Assembly (NCBI RefSeq): GCF_001194135.2
Contig: NC_068984.1
Span: forward strand, 24,250,325 to 24,314,324
From: Octopus bimaculoides
Taxonomy: Eukaryota
Direction: 5' to 3'
Length of the DNA stretch: 64,000 nt
Below the pieces are notes generated by a model. It saw only the letters and a list, made by a program, of their open reading frames with translations, did no database searches and had not been told where the DNA came from. Each line of letters starts with the position of its first letter. Position 1 is the stretch's first letter. The position numbers and the translations under genes are program-made. Shown here in pieces: positions 12,140 to 24,159 of the stretch.

Positions 12140-12535
12140 TCCATATAGGCTGTGTGGTTAAGAACCTCACTTTGAAACTACATAATTTGGGATTCAGTCT
12201 CACTGTATGGTGCCTAGGGTAACTGTCTTCCACCATAGTGTCCCAGTCCGACCAATGCTTTGCGAGTGAATATGGTAGATGGAAACTGTGTAGAAGCATG
12301 CACACACACACACACACACACATCAATGTGTATAAGTCTTTGTATCTGTGTATGTTGCCCTCACTCACCATTTGGCAACTGTTGGTTTGTTTATACTTCA
12401 GTGACTTAGTGGTTTGGCAAAAGACATTGATAGAATAAGTACCAGACTTAAAATGAGTATGGAGATTGATTTGTTTGACTAATCCCTTCAAAGCCATGGT
12501 CCAATGACTGAAATAAGTAAAAGATAAAAGATACC
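12140..12535 (+). mobile_element. SINE family A copy
   Basis: GGCTGTGTGGTTAAGAAC...GGTAGATGGAAACTG...AATGACTGAAATAAGTAAAAGATA. Confidence 0.75.
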
Positions 12536-12789
12536 AAAAAAAAAAAAAAGTTATCCATGGATATGTTTTCTGTAGTCTTGAAGAAGATGATGCTATCATA
12601 ACAAGAAGTGTAGCCTTTCTTGGATTCATGACCATTGCATAATGTCACATTTAAAGATTATAATTTTGTAATCCAAAAATAAAGGAGAGCTAAAAAAATG
12701 TCCAATGAACAAAGAGGACAAGACTTTAAATGCTTGAACTGTGACTAATAATGTTGATTATGTCAATTCCATTTAATTGAAACTGATCT

Positions 12790-13050
12790 TAATATCAACA
12801 GAACTGAGCATTTCAACATCCTTGATAAAATTTTGATACTACGGATTGCTAAACATTATGATCCAAATGGAATTTTATGTTCATCCAAGACTCTGCACCA
12901 GAATGTGGTTCAAAGCATGTACAGGATCATTTGAAGAGAAAACTTCCACTATTTGTCCCCCCAAAATTCTGGCACTTCTAGCTCACCAGATCTAAATCCA
13001 TGTAGCTTGGATGTGGGGCATCACTGAAGATAAATCCAATCCAATGTAAC
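12790..13050 (+). mobile_element. Tc1/mariner transposase catalytic-domain remnant (maT/DD37D-like)
   Basis: With two frameshifts it reads NILDKILI...YDPNG/NFMFIQDSAP...KHVQDHL...KFW/SSPDLNP, i.e. the QDSAPxH and WPxxSPDLNP motifs. Confidence 0.75.
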
Positions 13051-15663
13051 ATCTTGCATATGAATCCTATATTAACCCTTTGCCTATTATGAGCATCACA
13101 GAACATATTTCCCTGGTGTCCATACATCATATATGATACACATTCTCAATTTTATCCAACAACTAGGGTAACTTGGGACTCATGAAAAGAAAACTTTATG
13201 TTAATCAGAACATATGGAACAAGAGCTAATTAAAAGTCTGAAAATAAGCTTGGACATTCAGGACAAACTTATGAAAGTGTTTTGGACAAGTAAAAGGTTA
13301 AATTCACTCTAGTGTGTTACTGGTACTCAGTTTCTTCCCTGAAGGAATGAAAGAAAAAGTAGTTTTGAGTAGACTTTGAACTCAGGATGTAGCTAGTTGA
13401 AACTAAAAGCTATAAATCACTTCAGCTCAGTGCTTTCGCATCTATACCAGCTTGATGAAACAACATCTCAGTGATATATTGAAGTAGGTAACTTAATTTA
13501 TGAGCTACAAGATTTATTCTCCAATACAAGTCAGATCAAAAGAATCCACAACAATTTGTAAATAAATAAAAATAAAAATCTGTTTAAGAAACCAGCTAAT
13601 TATGTACCGGATTTTTGGTGCTGCTTTCTAAATGTCTAAACATTTAAATTTCAAATTACTGAAGTTTAAATGTTTGGTATTCATAGCTGAGTGTTTGCAC
13701 ACATTGCTTTTTTAAAATGTTATATCAAAGATTTTTCAGAACAAAAAAAAAGACAAAAATATATGTACACACACACACGCACAAATACACATACATGTGC
13801 AAATACACAAATGTACACACACACACACACACATTCTTTAATTCTCTGAGTGTGGATAATTTCTTTTGATTAAAGCCAGAGACAATTTTTATAAGGGAGA
13901 GGCGTACAATAAATTAGGTTGACCTCACCATATTACTGACTCTTATTTTATCAACAACTATGGATAGATGAAAGTCAAAGCCATCTCATAGCAGGATTTA
14001 AATAATGAGAAAAGGTACAAAACTAGATTAAGAAAGAAGAAAATGAAGAACTGGTAAGAATTTTGTTATGCTAGAAATATAACTTGCATTATTTTGTATA
14101 AGAATTACATTTGTCCAGACTTGTAACTTCTCATGAACATTTTATTCGTCTTGTTGGAAGCTATGAATTAGAGGGAATTAAGAATTAAGGTAATAAGTGC
14201 AGGTATAGCTGTGCAGTTAAGAAGTTTGCTTCCCATCCATATGGTTCAGTTCCACATGGGAAATTGTCTTTTACTATAGCCCAGGCTGACCACTGTCTTA
14301 TACTATAGCCCAAGGCTGATCAAAGCCTTGTGAGTGGATTTGGTAGAAAGAAACCTGTCATCTATGCATGTATATCTGTGCGTGGGTGTGATTGAGTGTG
14401 TATGTGCATATGTATGTTTAGTCTCCGTGACTCAACATCGTTCAATGGTTGTAAACAAGTGTCACCATCATGCAGGTAATCCTGTTTGCTTCTAGTCTTC
14501 TATAGAAGCCTGTTTTTTTTAATTATAACAAATTTTCATACATGTAAAGGAAAGAACTCAAACGAGAATGCAGATCATTTTACTTTTCCTTTTCACTTTT
14601 ATCCTCTTCTGATTCCAACATCTTTGGTGTCCAGAATACATTGGACATTATCAACAGTCCCACCTTCTTTTGTCAAGAAGGAAAATGACAGGAGTACCAA
14701 TGAACCTAATGATTGTATTATGCAACTATTACATGAAGCACAAATTATCTGTAGCTCATAAACTAGCACTTGATTGCATTACATGATTAAACTCTACAAC
14801 TAGTTTGGTATTGAGTGTTCTCACATAATGTTATGTATATGTCCGCATGTGTGTATGTGTGTGTACATAGACAGATAGAAAAACAGACTGACACTTATAT
14901 ATATATATANNNNNNNNNNNNNNNNNNNNNNNNNNNNNNNNNNNNNNNNNNNNNNNNNNNNNNNNNNNNNNNNNNNNNNNNNNNNNNNNNNNNNNNNNNN
15001 NNNNNNNNNNNNNNNNNNNNNNNNNNNNNNNNNNNNNNNNNNNNNNNNNNNNNNNNNNNNNNNNNNNNNNNNNNNNNNNNNNNNNNNNNNNNNNNNNNNN
15101 NNNNNNNNNNNNNNNNNNNNNNNNNNNNNNNNNNNNNNNNNNNNNNNNNNNNNNNNNNNNNNNNNNNNNNNNNNNNNNNNNNNNNNNNNNNNNNNNNNNN
15201 NNNNNNNNNNNNNNNNNNNNNNNNNNNNNNNNNNNNNNNNNNNNNNNNNNNNNNNNNNNNNNNNNNNNNNNNNNNNNNNNNNNNNNNNNNNNNNNNNNNN
15301 NNNNNNNNNNNNNNNNNNNNNNNNNNNNNNNNNNNNNNNNNNNNNNNNNNNNNNNNNNNNNNNNNNNNNNNNNNNNNNNNNNNNNNNNNNNNNNNNNNNN
15401 NNNNNNNNNNNNNNNNNNNNNNNNNNNNNNNNNNNNNNNNNNNNNNNNNNNNNNNNNNNNNNNNNNNNNNNNNNNNNNNNNNNNNNNNNNNNNNNNNNNN
15501 NNNNNNNNNNNNNNNNNNNNNNNNNNNNNNNNNNNNNNNNNNNNNNNNNNNNNNNNNNNNNNNNNNNNNNNNNNNNNNNNNNNNNNNNNNNNNNNNNNNN
15601 NNNNNNNNNNNNNNNNNNNNNNNNNNNNNNNNNNNNNNNNNNNNNNNNNNNNNNNNNNNNNNN

Positions 15664-15714
<51 letters not shown>

Positions 15715-17029
15715 CATGATGAGTGCTGAAGTTAAGCTTGCAGTATAATTACAAGTAGACTGCTATTAAATTTTCTATGAAGTAAGGCAGTGAGTACCAT
15801 TTGTAATCAAATGAATAGGTATCAGTGGCTGTTAAAGCTCCAGTGATTGAGGGAAATTTCTCATCAATGTTGCTAGGATGAAAGTTGATAAAGCTAACTT
15901 AACATGTTATGAATGCATAATGAGATAGAGCTTATTAAAACATACTGTGTATGTCTATAAGACTTTTTTCATCCACTGATGATTGTGTGCGTTACATGAG
16001 ATACTGAGATCTCAAAACTGGAGTCTTGTACGAATATATATTTTAATATTTATATATATAAAGGCCATGTAAAAAGCATCCAGTCCACACTATAAAGTGG
16101 TTGGCATTTGGAAGGACATCCAGCTGTAAAAACCATGCCAAAACTGACCTCACCTGTGTCTATGCCATATAAAAAGCACTCAGTTCACACTGCTGGGTGG
16201 TTGGTATTAGGAAGGGCATCCTGCTGTAAAAACAATGCCAAAACAGACACAGAAGTCTGGTGCAATCTTCTGCCTGGTCAGCTCTTGTGAAACCGCCGAA
16301 CCCATGCCAGCATGGAAGAAGGATGTTAAACAATGATGATGATGAAACTGATGAAAGGTAGCAAGCTGGCAGAATCAGTATGCCAGTTAAAATACTTAGT
16401 GGCATTTCATCCATTTTTATGTCCTGAGTACAAATTCCGCTGAGGTTCACTTCACCTTTCATTCTTTTGGAGTCGATAAAATAAGTACCAGTTGAGCACT
16501 GGGGTCAACGTAACCAAACTTTCAGGCCTTATGTCAAAATTTGAAATCAATATTTATACATATAAATTATGTTGTTCCTTTAAATATTTAGATGTTTAAC
16601 TATAGGCATAGCTTAATTAGCTCTGTTTCAAGACACTGAACATTTTTGTGATATTCACATTCACATATAATTATATATACTGCAAGATTTCATTAAATAA
16701 GCAGAGGACTACATACTGTTATTTTGTTTACATACATTTTCCTAGAAATGTTGACGGTATATAGCCTTTATAGTTATTTTTGGTTGTTGTATTTATTCTA
16801 TTGTATTTTGTTTCATTTACAAAAGAAAACATGTAACACTGTATTAAATATATATGATTATAAGATCTATTTTCTCTACTGATCATTGTGTATGTAAATG
16901 ATGGTTGTCTATGAAACATATGAAACTGGGAGATTTCAAAGTCTAGAGTTTTATAGTAGTACTTATATTAATGCCTGCCAATATAGATTCTGTTGTTTTC
17001 TGCATGATTATACATATATATTATGTGCT

Positions 17030-17409
17030 TATAGGTAAGAAGCTTGCTTCACAACTACACGGTTCTGGGTTCAGTTACACTGTATGGCACCTTCTAATAT
17101 AGTCTCAGGTTGACCAAGATCTTGTAAGTGGATTTGGCAGACGGAAACTGAAAGAAGCCCATATATATATATATTTATATATTTGTGTATATCTGTGTTT
17201 GTCCTCCACCACTGCTTGACAACTGGTGTTGGTGTGCATATGTTCCCGTAACTTAGCAGTTAGGTAAAAGAGACTGATAGAATAAGTACCAGACTTAAAG
17301 AAAATATAAAGTACTGGGGTCAATTTATTTGACCAAAATTCTTCAAGGCAGTGCCCCAGCATGGCTTCAATCTAATGATTGAAACAAGTAAATGAATAAA
17401 AGAGCAAAA

Positions 17410-17410
<1 letters not shown>
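17030..17410 (+). mobile_element. SINE family A copy
   Basis: GTAAGAAGCTTGCTTC...GGTTCTGGGTTCAG...GTGGATTTGGCAGACGGAAACTGAAAGAAGCCC...GAAACAAGTAA. Confidence 0.8.
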
Positions 17411-17444
<34 letters not shown>

Positions 17445-17835
17445 NNNNNNNNNNNNNNNNNNNNNNNNNNNNNNNNNNNNNNNNNNNNNNNNNNNNNNNN
17501 NNNNNNNNNNNNNNNNNNNNNNNNNNNNNNNNNNNNNNNNNNNNNNNNNNNNNNNAGTGTTAGGTGTGATGTACAGAATTGAATATTGAAAAAAGTCATC
17601 AGAATTTAGGAAAAAACTTTTTTTATTTTATTATATCTTCATTTTCATATTAATGCTTTCGTTCATCTTTTGAACTTGTCAAATACATTTCTGTGAATAT
17701 ACAGATATCTTGCTTATTTATATAAAACATGTTTTTGGGGGATTTTGTTTATAAGAGAACATTGTTTTTGTTTTGTTTTTTTGGGGTGAGGCTTTGGAGA
17801 CAATGGAAGATGGATACACAGATAGATAGATAGAC

Positions 17836-17877
<42 letters not shown>

Positions 17878-18382
17878 TCAGACAGGTAGAAAGATGGGTA
17901 GGGTAAAAGAGAGAGAGAAGGGCTATTCATTTTCCTATCCACCACTTTTCATTGCATTGAAATGGTCTTTTTAAGAATTGTAAAAAAAAAAAAAAAAAAA
18001 TTAATAAATAGAAGTAAAAACTTGTTTACTGCTTACACCATTGTTTTGAAATGGTTTCTAGAGATGGTAAGAAAAGAAAGAAAACAAAGAAAAAAAATAG
18101 AGAATAAGAAATAAAAAATAAATAATAAAAAAATGTTTTTCTATCCTTTCTGTTTTAGTCCTTTCTTTTTATGTTCTTTGAGTTATATTTAGAATATATT
18201 CCTGTCATACATTTATTTATTTTTGGTAAGGTGTAGTTCTGTATGAGAATACATAAGTATAATATTTGTAAATAAAATCAATTAGTAAGTAAAATAAAAT
18301 AACTATATACATCATATCATACCCATACATATATACATATACATACATACAAAACGTACTCTTTGCTTTTCTTTTTTCTCTT

Positions 18383-18875
18383 TCAAACATTTAACTTCGG
18401 AGAGAATCTTTTTATGAAGTGTAGTTCCATTGCCTTTCGGTATTGCGGATCGTCCCGTGTATATTTGTAAAAGGGAAAGATTTTGAACTTTCCGTCTCCG
18501 CATATTTCTAGATGTTTACTCAATGCAATCTTTCGTAGTTCTTCCTGCCGGATATGTTGCCTGTGAATTCTTGCACGTTGGCAGAGGGAGTTATTCGTTT
18601 CACCAATGTAATTTTCTTTACAGTTTGGGCAGGTAATGCAGTATATGAGATTTTGTGTTTTACAGTTCATATCTGCATTTATTTGAAAAATGGATCTGCT
18701 CTTGAACTTTATGTGGGAACCACTTTCTATGTACTTGAAGTTGTTGGTATTGTTACACGTTCCACATCTCCTATCTCTACATTCTTTTAGTATGAATTCT
18801 GGTTTATTCTCTGATCTGAATTCTGCCCTTGTGAGGTGATTTTTAAGAGTTTTTAGTTGGTGTCTGCTATTCCGT
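18383..18875 (-). mobile_element. Penelope-like retroelement C-terminal GIY-YIG endonuclease domain (open frame, 5'-truncated)
   Basis: KECRDRRCGTC...NLIYCITCPNCKENYIGETNNSLCQRARIHRQH...LSKHL...RKAMELHFIKRFSPKLN: IY...YIG motif, CxxC plus His residues, conserved R, E and terminal N; no stop for about 165 codons. Confidence 0.9.
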
Positions 18876-18876
18876 A

Positions 18877-19092
18877 AGGGTTGACCAAAAGTCACCTGAC
18901 AGTAAATCAAAACCGTTCAATTTCAAGATTGACTGAATGAATTTAATAAAAGCATCTAAATATGAACCATCATGAAAATTGTTCAAACTGAAGTCCTTCT
19001 TGAGTGACACATTTTTCCATTTAAATCAATGCAGAATTACAGACAGTGTTTATGGAATTTTGAATCACAGTTGGGTGACTTTTGGCCAACCC

Positions 19093-19094
<2 letters not shown>
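18877..19094. mobile_element. Tc1/mariner-like MITE
   Basis: TIRs AGGGTTGACCAAAAGTCACCTGAC and GTTGGGTGACTTTTGGCCAACCCTG. Confidence 0.7.
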
Positions 19095-19126
<32 letters not shown>

Positions 19127-19316
19127 ACACATACCACATAAACACACACAAGCATGCATGCACACACACACAAATGTTGCAGCGTGTTAATGGAAGTGGA
19201 AGAAAGTACTCAATATATAGTATACAAACATGTAAATGTGTGTATGTAGTAAAAGTCAACTTTTTATAGGAAAGTATTGTAGTTCTCTTGAAGCATTGTG
19301 CATTGTTTGTAAAGAA

Positions 19317-19479
19317 TGAAAAGTTTTGAATGGTACAACAATGCACTATAATACAAAAATGGACTATATACCTGTTGTAATTTAGTTATCTATCATCGGA
19401 CTATAGATAACTAAATTACAACAGGTATATAGTCCATTTTTGTATTATAGTGCATTGTTGTACCATTCAAAACTTTTCA
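19317..19479. repeat. Perfect 77-bp inverted repeat with 9-nt loop
   Basis: 19317-19393 is the exact reverse complement of 19403-19479 (checked base by base); loop CATCGGACT. Confidence 0.95.
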
Positions 19480-19711
19480 ACTTTTTATATCCAAACAAGT
19501 TTTTTAATCATCCAATATTTACTTGCTAGTATTTATAGCTTTAACTACTTCAAGATCCACCATTAAAAATTTATTTCAATTTCTTGAAGTTTCAAAATTC
19601 TTCTGATGTAAGCAACATGTAATTTTTGCTGGTAAGAACAGAGTATCAAAAACAGCAAGAGAATTTCAAAGGATTAGCTCCCTCGACTAAGTCTGTATGT
19701 GCGTGGGGGAT

Positions 19712-19753
<42 letters not shown>

Positions 19754-19831
19754 AGAAGGCTGAAAGCCAGGTGCCAAGAGTCTAAAGTATGATAGAGGGA
19801 CAAGTGTGTGCACACACACACATATTTATAT

Positions 19832-20094
19832 ATAATGAAAGAAGGAACATGAGTGTGAACTTGGTATTCTTGTATTACATCCATTACATATATTTCAGTA
19901 TTTGGTAATTAAATGATGTTACACTCTTCAGTCCAAGAAGATGCTCAGTCTTGATTATGTTATGCTGCATTTATAAGCTGCATATATGGATTGCATTTAA
20001 AGTGTGATATCACTTAATTACTGAATACCAAAAGATATGTAAAAGATGTAATAGAAGAATACCAAGTTCACAACCATGCTTCTTCTTTCGTTAT
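19832..20094. repeat. Diverged 94-bp inverted repeat (old MITE-like)
   Basis: 19832-19925 vs 20001-20094 align without gaps, about 16 mismatches by hand count. Confidence 0.85.
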
Positions 20095-20131
20095 TAATGT
20101 CCCCTTTACATTACACTATAGCCCTTCTCAG

Positions 20132-20206
20132 ACTACACCGAACCCTTCGGGAATACGCAACAGTGGGAGTTTAATGTGAGTACAAATGAAAGTCACAACT
20201 TGAATG
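20132..20206 (+). CDS. Candidate isolated 75-nt internal exon (phase 1-1), unknown gene
   Basis: Acceptor CCCTTCTCAG, donor G|GTAAGC, open frame xYTEPFGNTQQWEFNVSTNESHNLNx with NVS and NES sequons, several retained CpGs; no partner exons found. Confidence 0.3.
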
Positions 20207-22613
20207 GTAAGCTTGTGCACAGAATAAAGAATTCAATACAAGTTTATAGAGCCTAACATTATAATGTATGTGTATATGTTCATACATATGTATGTATATA
20301 CATTTGTATGCAATTGTATATTTATATTTAAACAATACATGCAGATACAGCGAAGCTATTTTAAATTCAATCTTCTATTAGCCATCAATGAAAAGAGAAT
20401 AAGAGGGGGCTGAGGGAGAGTAAAGTTTCCTTTTTAAAATATGGAACATTGTAGTTATATCATGAAACTGAGATAACTATACTGATTTCTAGCATTGGCA
20501 CAAGGTTACAAATTCCAAGGGAGTGTATAGCCAATTCAACTTGACTAGTAGTTTGTTACTGACCCCCAGAGGAATGAAAGGCAAAAGCAACTTTCATTTG
20601 AAGTCAGAATGTAAAGGGCTGCAATAAAATACTGCAAAGCAATTTTGTGGTATTTTGTTGCAACAATGATTCTGCCAATTGAATGATGTTAAATTTGCTA
20701 CAAATATCAGAATAGAAGGCCAGCAGTTTGGAGCTGCATATAAAATCTTGTGAAAAAAAGTACATAAAAGTGTGTTTTTTGTTACTAAAGTTAATGTTTT
20801 CATAAGTGTTTAGCTAAATATAATCAAATTTTCCTCTGAATTAGATTAACTCCAGCGTGATAAGTTTCTATTTTGTAGATGAACACATTAAGTTGAGTTG
20901 AATATCTTGCCTAATGGGCAAACAATTCAATGCTTGCTACAAAAAAATTTATGCCAGGAATATTAACTGTTTGCAGTGCCAATATGCATATCAGCACCTG
21001 CTTTGGATATGTCAATAATTGAATGCAAAGTAAAATCTTTTACATTTGCTTAATTTGAAGAAAAAGTTAAACAAAATAAAGATTTGTCAGAGACTTATGT
21101 GTTGTATAATTTATTGGAAAAGAAATAAAGTGGATGAATGAATTTGCAAAGACTGTTCAAGTTATGTATGGGGATGCTAGAAGTAATACTAGAATTTATA
21201 ATAGATTTAATGGGAATTGTAAAGTTCAGTTATATATTAACCAGATATATTATAATTTCACCTCTCTTGTATTAATTCTAGTTGAAGACATATTAATGCA
21301 TGAGCTGTGTTATTGAGTAGTTTGAATTATAGGAAGATTTAGAGGGCTTACTGTTTTGTCAAAGAGAATAGTAATTAAGTGAGATTACTATTAATGGTTG
21401 TGATCAATAGAAAATAGATTCCTATCTTAAAACTGACAGCTGAAATTACTAGGTTCAGTTTCCCACAGATGTTGCAATTAATAGGTAGCCTGGGTCAGTT
21501 CTGTAGAACAGAAGTGAATAATTAAAGACTTGATGGAAAGTGAAAACTACTTATTTTCAAGATTTCACCTCCTATCCTGATATACTGTGAATCACATGAA
21601 AGTCAATATAATGTTGGAATATAAACCAAAAGGTTAACAGTTCATATTCTGTCTCCAATACTGCACTCAATCCATGACAAAGACACTTAACTTTACTTAA
21701 TTGAATCTAATAGGTCATATGTACATGTCATAAGTATGTACAGTTTACCATTGTAAGTTATGAGACACTGTATAAGTTGTGTTTCAATAACTTGCAGTGT
21801 TGTATTCAAATTTCTTCACATGGAAAACATAATGCCAAACCTATCCAGTACATCCTCCACTAAAATTCATCTATAAAATCCTAAGAATTATCTTTGTCTT
21901 ACAAGTTGACTTTTTATCTTCCAGTACAATTGGTTCTGGTGTACTTCTTTTAAATTACCAGTTCTAAAGAAATGAAAAAAAATTAACCTGACTTTGGCAG
22001 GATTGGAGACCAGAATTAGAAGCCAGTCCAGACTATCAATTATAAACATTCAACCAGTTATTTAAAACCAAATCATTATCTTGGCTTCACTTAAAATCCA
22101 GTGTGTTTAGCTTAATCAAATTTAATTATCTGGTGAGCTGTCTATGAGGGGTCATATTGTCTGTACTAGCAAGTTAACCTTGAAATTACCCTATAAATTA
22201 TGTATTTTGTTTGTATGTATGTATGTATGTATATGCATGCACATGTACAAGAGAGAGAGAGACAGAGATGATGATAATTAAGGCAGTAAGGAATTGTCAG
22301 TTGCTATGCAAGCAAGATCAGTAATTTATGGCAAGTAAATTCTTTGCAAATTATATAATTCCCAATTATCTGTTGAAATTAGACGGACAAACTCACATTC
22401 TTTTACTTGTTTCAGTCATTTGACTGCAGCCATGCTGGAGCACCATCTTAAAGGTTTTTTTAGTTGAAATCGACCTCAAGACTTATTCTTTGTAAGCCTA
22501 GTACTTGTTCTATTAGTCCTTTTTGCTGAACCACTAAGTTATGGGGGGCATAAACACATCAACATTGGTTGTCAAGCGAAGGTGGTGTGACAAACACAGA
22601 TACAAATCCACAT

Positions 22614-22663
<50 letters not shown>

Positions 22664-22819
22664 NNNNNNNNNNNNNNNNNNNNNNNNNNNNNNNNNNNNN
22701 NNNNNNNNNNNNNNNNNNNNNNNNNNNNNNNNNNNNNNNNNNNNNNNNNNNNNNNNNNNNNNNNNNNNNNNNNNNNNNNNNNNNNNNNNNNNNNNNNNNN
22801 NNNNNNNNNNNNNNNNNNN

Positions 22820-22874
<55 letters not shown>

Positions 22875-23640
22875 TCTATATATAGAGGCACATATGCCAG
22901 CATGGAAAATGGACATCAAAGGAGGAAGAGGAAGTGGATGGTGATAGTGGTGGTGATGATGATGATGATGATGATATAAAACATGTTATCCAATAAATTC
23001 AGGTGCCAAAATGGTAAATAATTTAGTAGTGAATAAAAAGACAATACAAAAGGATTAAAAAGGAAAAGATAGACAGTGGCCTACAAATATTAAGGTAAAA
23101 GATTTGATAGTTTTAGTTATAATTCCAGAATATTCTTGATGTAAATACATAGCATGAATTTGCATATTTGTAGAAGTGCAGGCATAGTTGTGTTCATTCA
23201 CAACCATGTGGTTTTGAGTTCCATCTCACTATGTGACACCTTGAGTGTCTGCTACTATGGTTTCAATGTCTTATGAATGAAATTTAGTAGGTGGAAACTG
23301 CATGGAAGCCTGTGATATACACGTGTGTGTGTGTGTGTGTGTCTTTACACTGTCCTTATTTGAACAAAATCAATGACAATATTTTTGTCTCTCCTTAAGA
23401 ATACGCCCCCAGAGCTCAGCATTTTCAGAGTACATGAAAGACAATGGAACAAAAATATCTCATTTGCAAAATAAGGGCAGGAGACAGGACGGGTTTGTGG
23501 CCATAGAATATTATGTCAATAAGTCTCATGCAACCCATACCAGCATGGAAAAGAAAGAAAAGAGAAGGTAAAGGAGGGTACATCTTTTTTATGGTTTATA
23601 TTATTTTTAATCTGTCATGTGTAACAGAAACAGTACTAGA

Positions 23641-24159
23641 TTAAAATAGCTATCTGTGCATCATATTTAATGCATATACACCATGAAGAGCCAAATTAAC
23701 TGCAGTATTTCTCTGGAGATAATATCTCTTATGGATGCACTGAGTTAAATAACACAAATACATCACTATCAGATGATTAATGTCTAGCAGCAGAGGTGAG
23801 AATGCTAGATGTGCTTATCTGTTTCTATGGGCTTTGCCAGTAGCATATACTCACTGACAACCGTATCCAAAAACAAAATCCATCATTGCTTGTATAGGAA
23901 AACAGTGACTGGAAAATCATTGATGTTACAATTAACCAACTGACAGTTGCCAGTGAGTACATGCAACTGACAAAGCTCAGAAATGTGCCCCTAGCATTCT
24001 CACCACTGTTGCTGGACAATTTTTGCCTGCCATTCATATATTTGTGTTATTAAACACAGTATATCAATGACAGATATTATTACCATATGAATACCACAGT
24101 TAAATTGGCTTTTTATGATATATGTGCATTAAGTTTGATACACAGCTATTATTTTTAAC
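23641..24159. mobile_element. Old long-TIR MITE-like element
   Basis: Arms of about 170 bp (23641-23810 vs 23991-24159) align in inverted orientation; AGCAGCAGAGGTGAGAATGCTAG vs the reverse complement of CTAGCATTCTCACCACTGTTGCT differ at 2 of 23 positions. Confidence 0.65.

Noticed and set aside
13073-13301. Possible TTAA MITE
   Set aside because: The terminal match is only about 8 bp
21134-21316. VMYGDARSNTRIY resembling a mariner HTH region
   Set aside because: Too short, with no supporting motif or TIR
23825-24037. 70-aa hydrophobic ORF and splice-like sites
   Set aside because: They lie within a diverged inverted-repeat element
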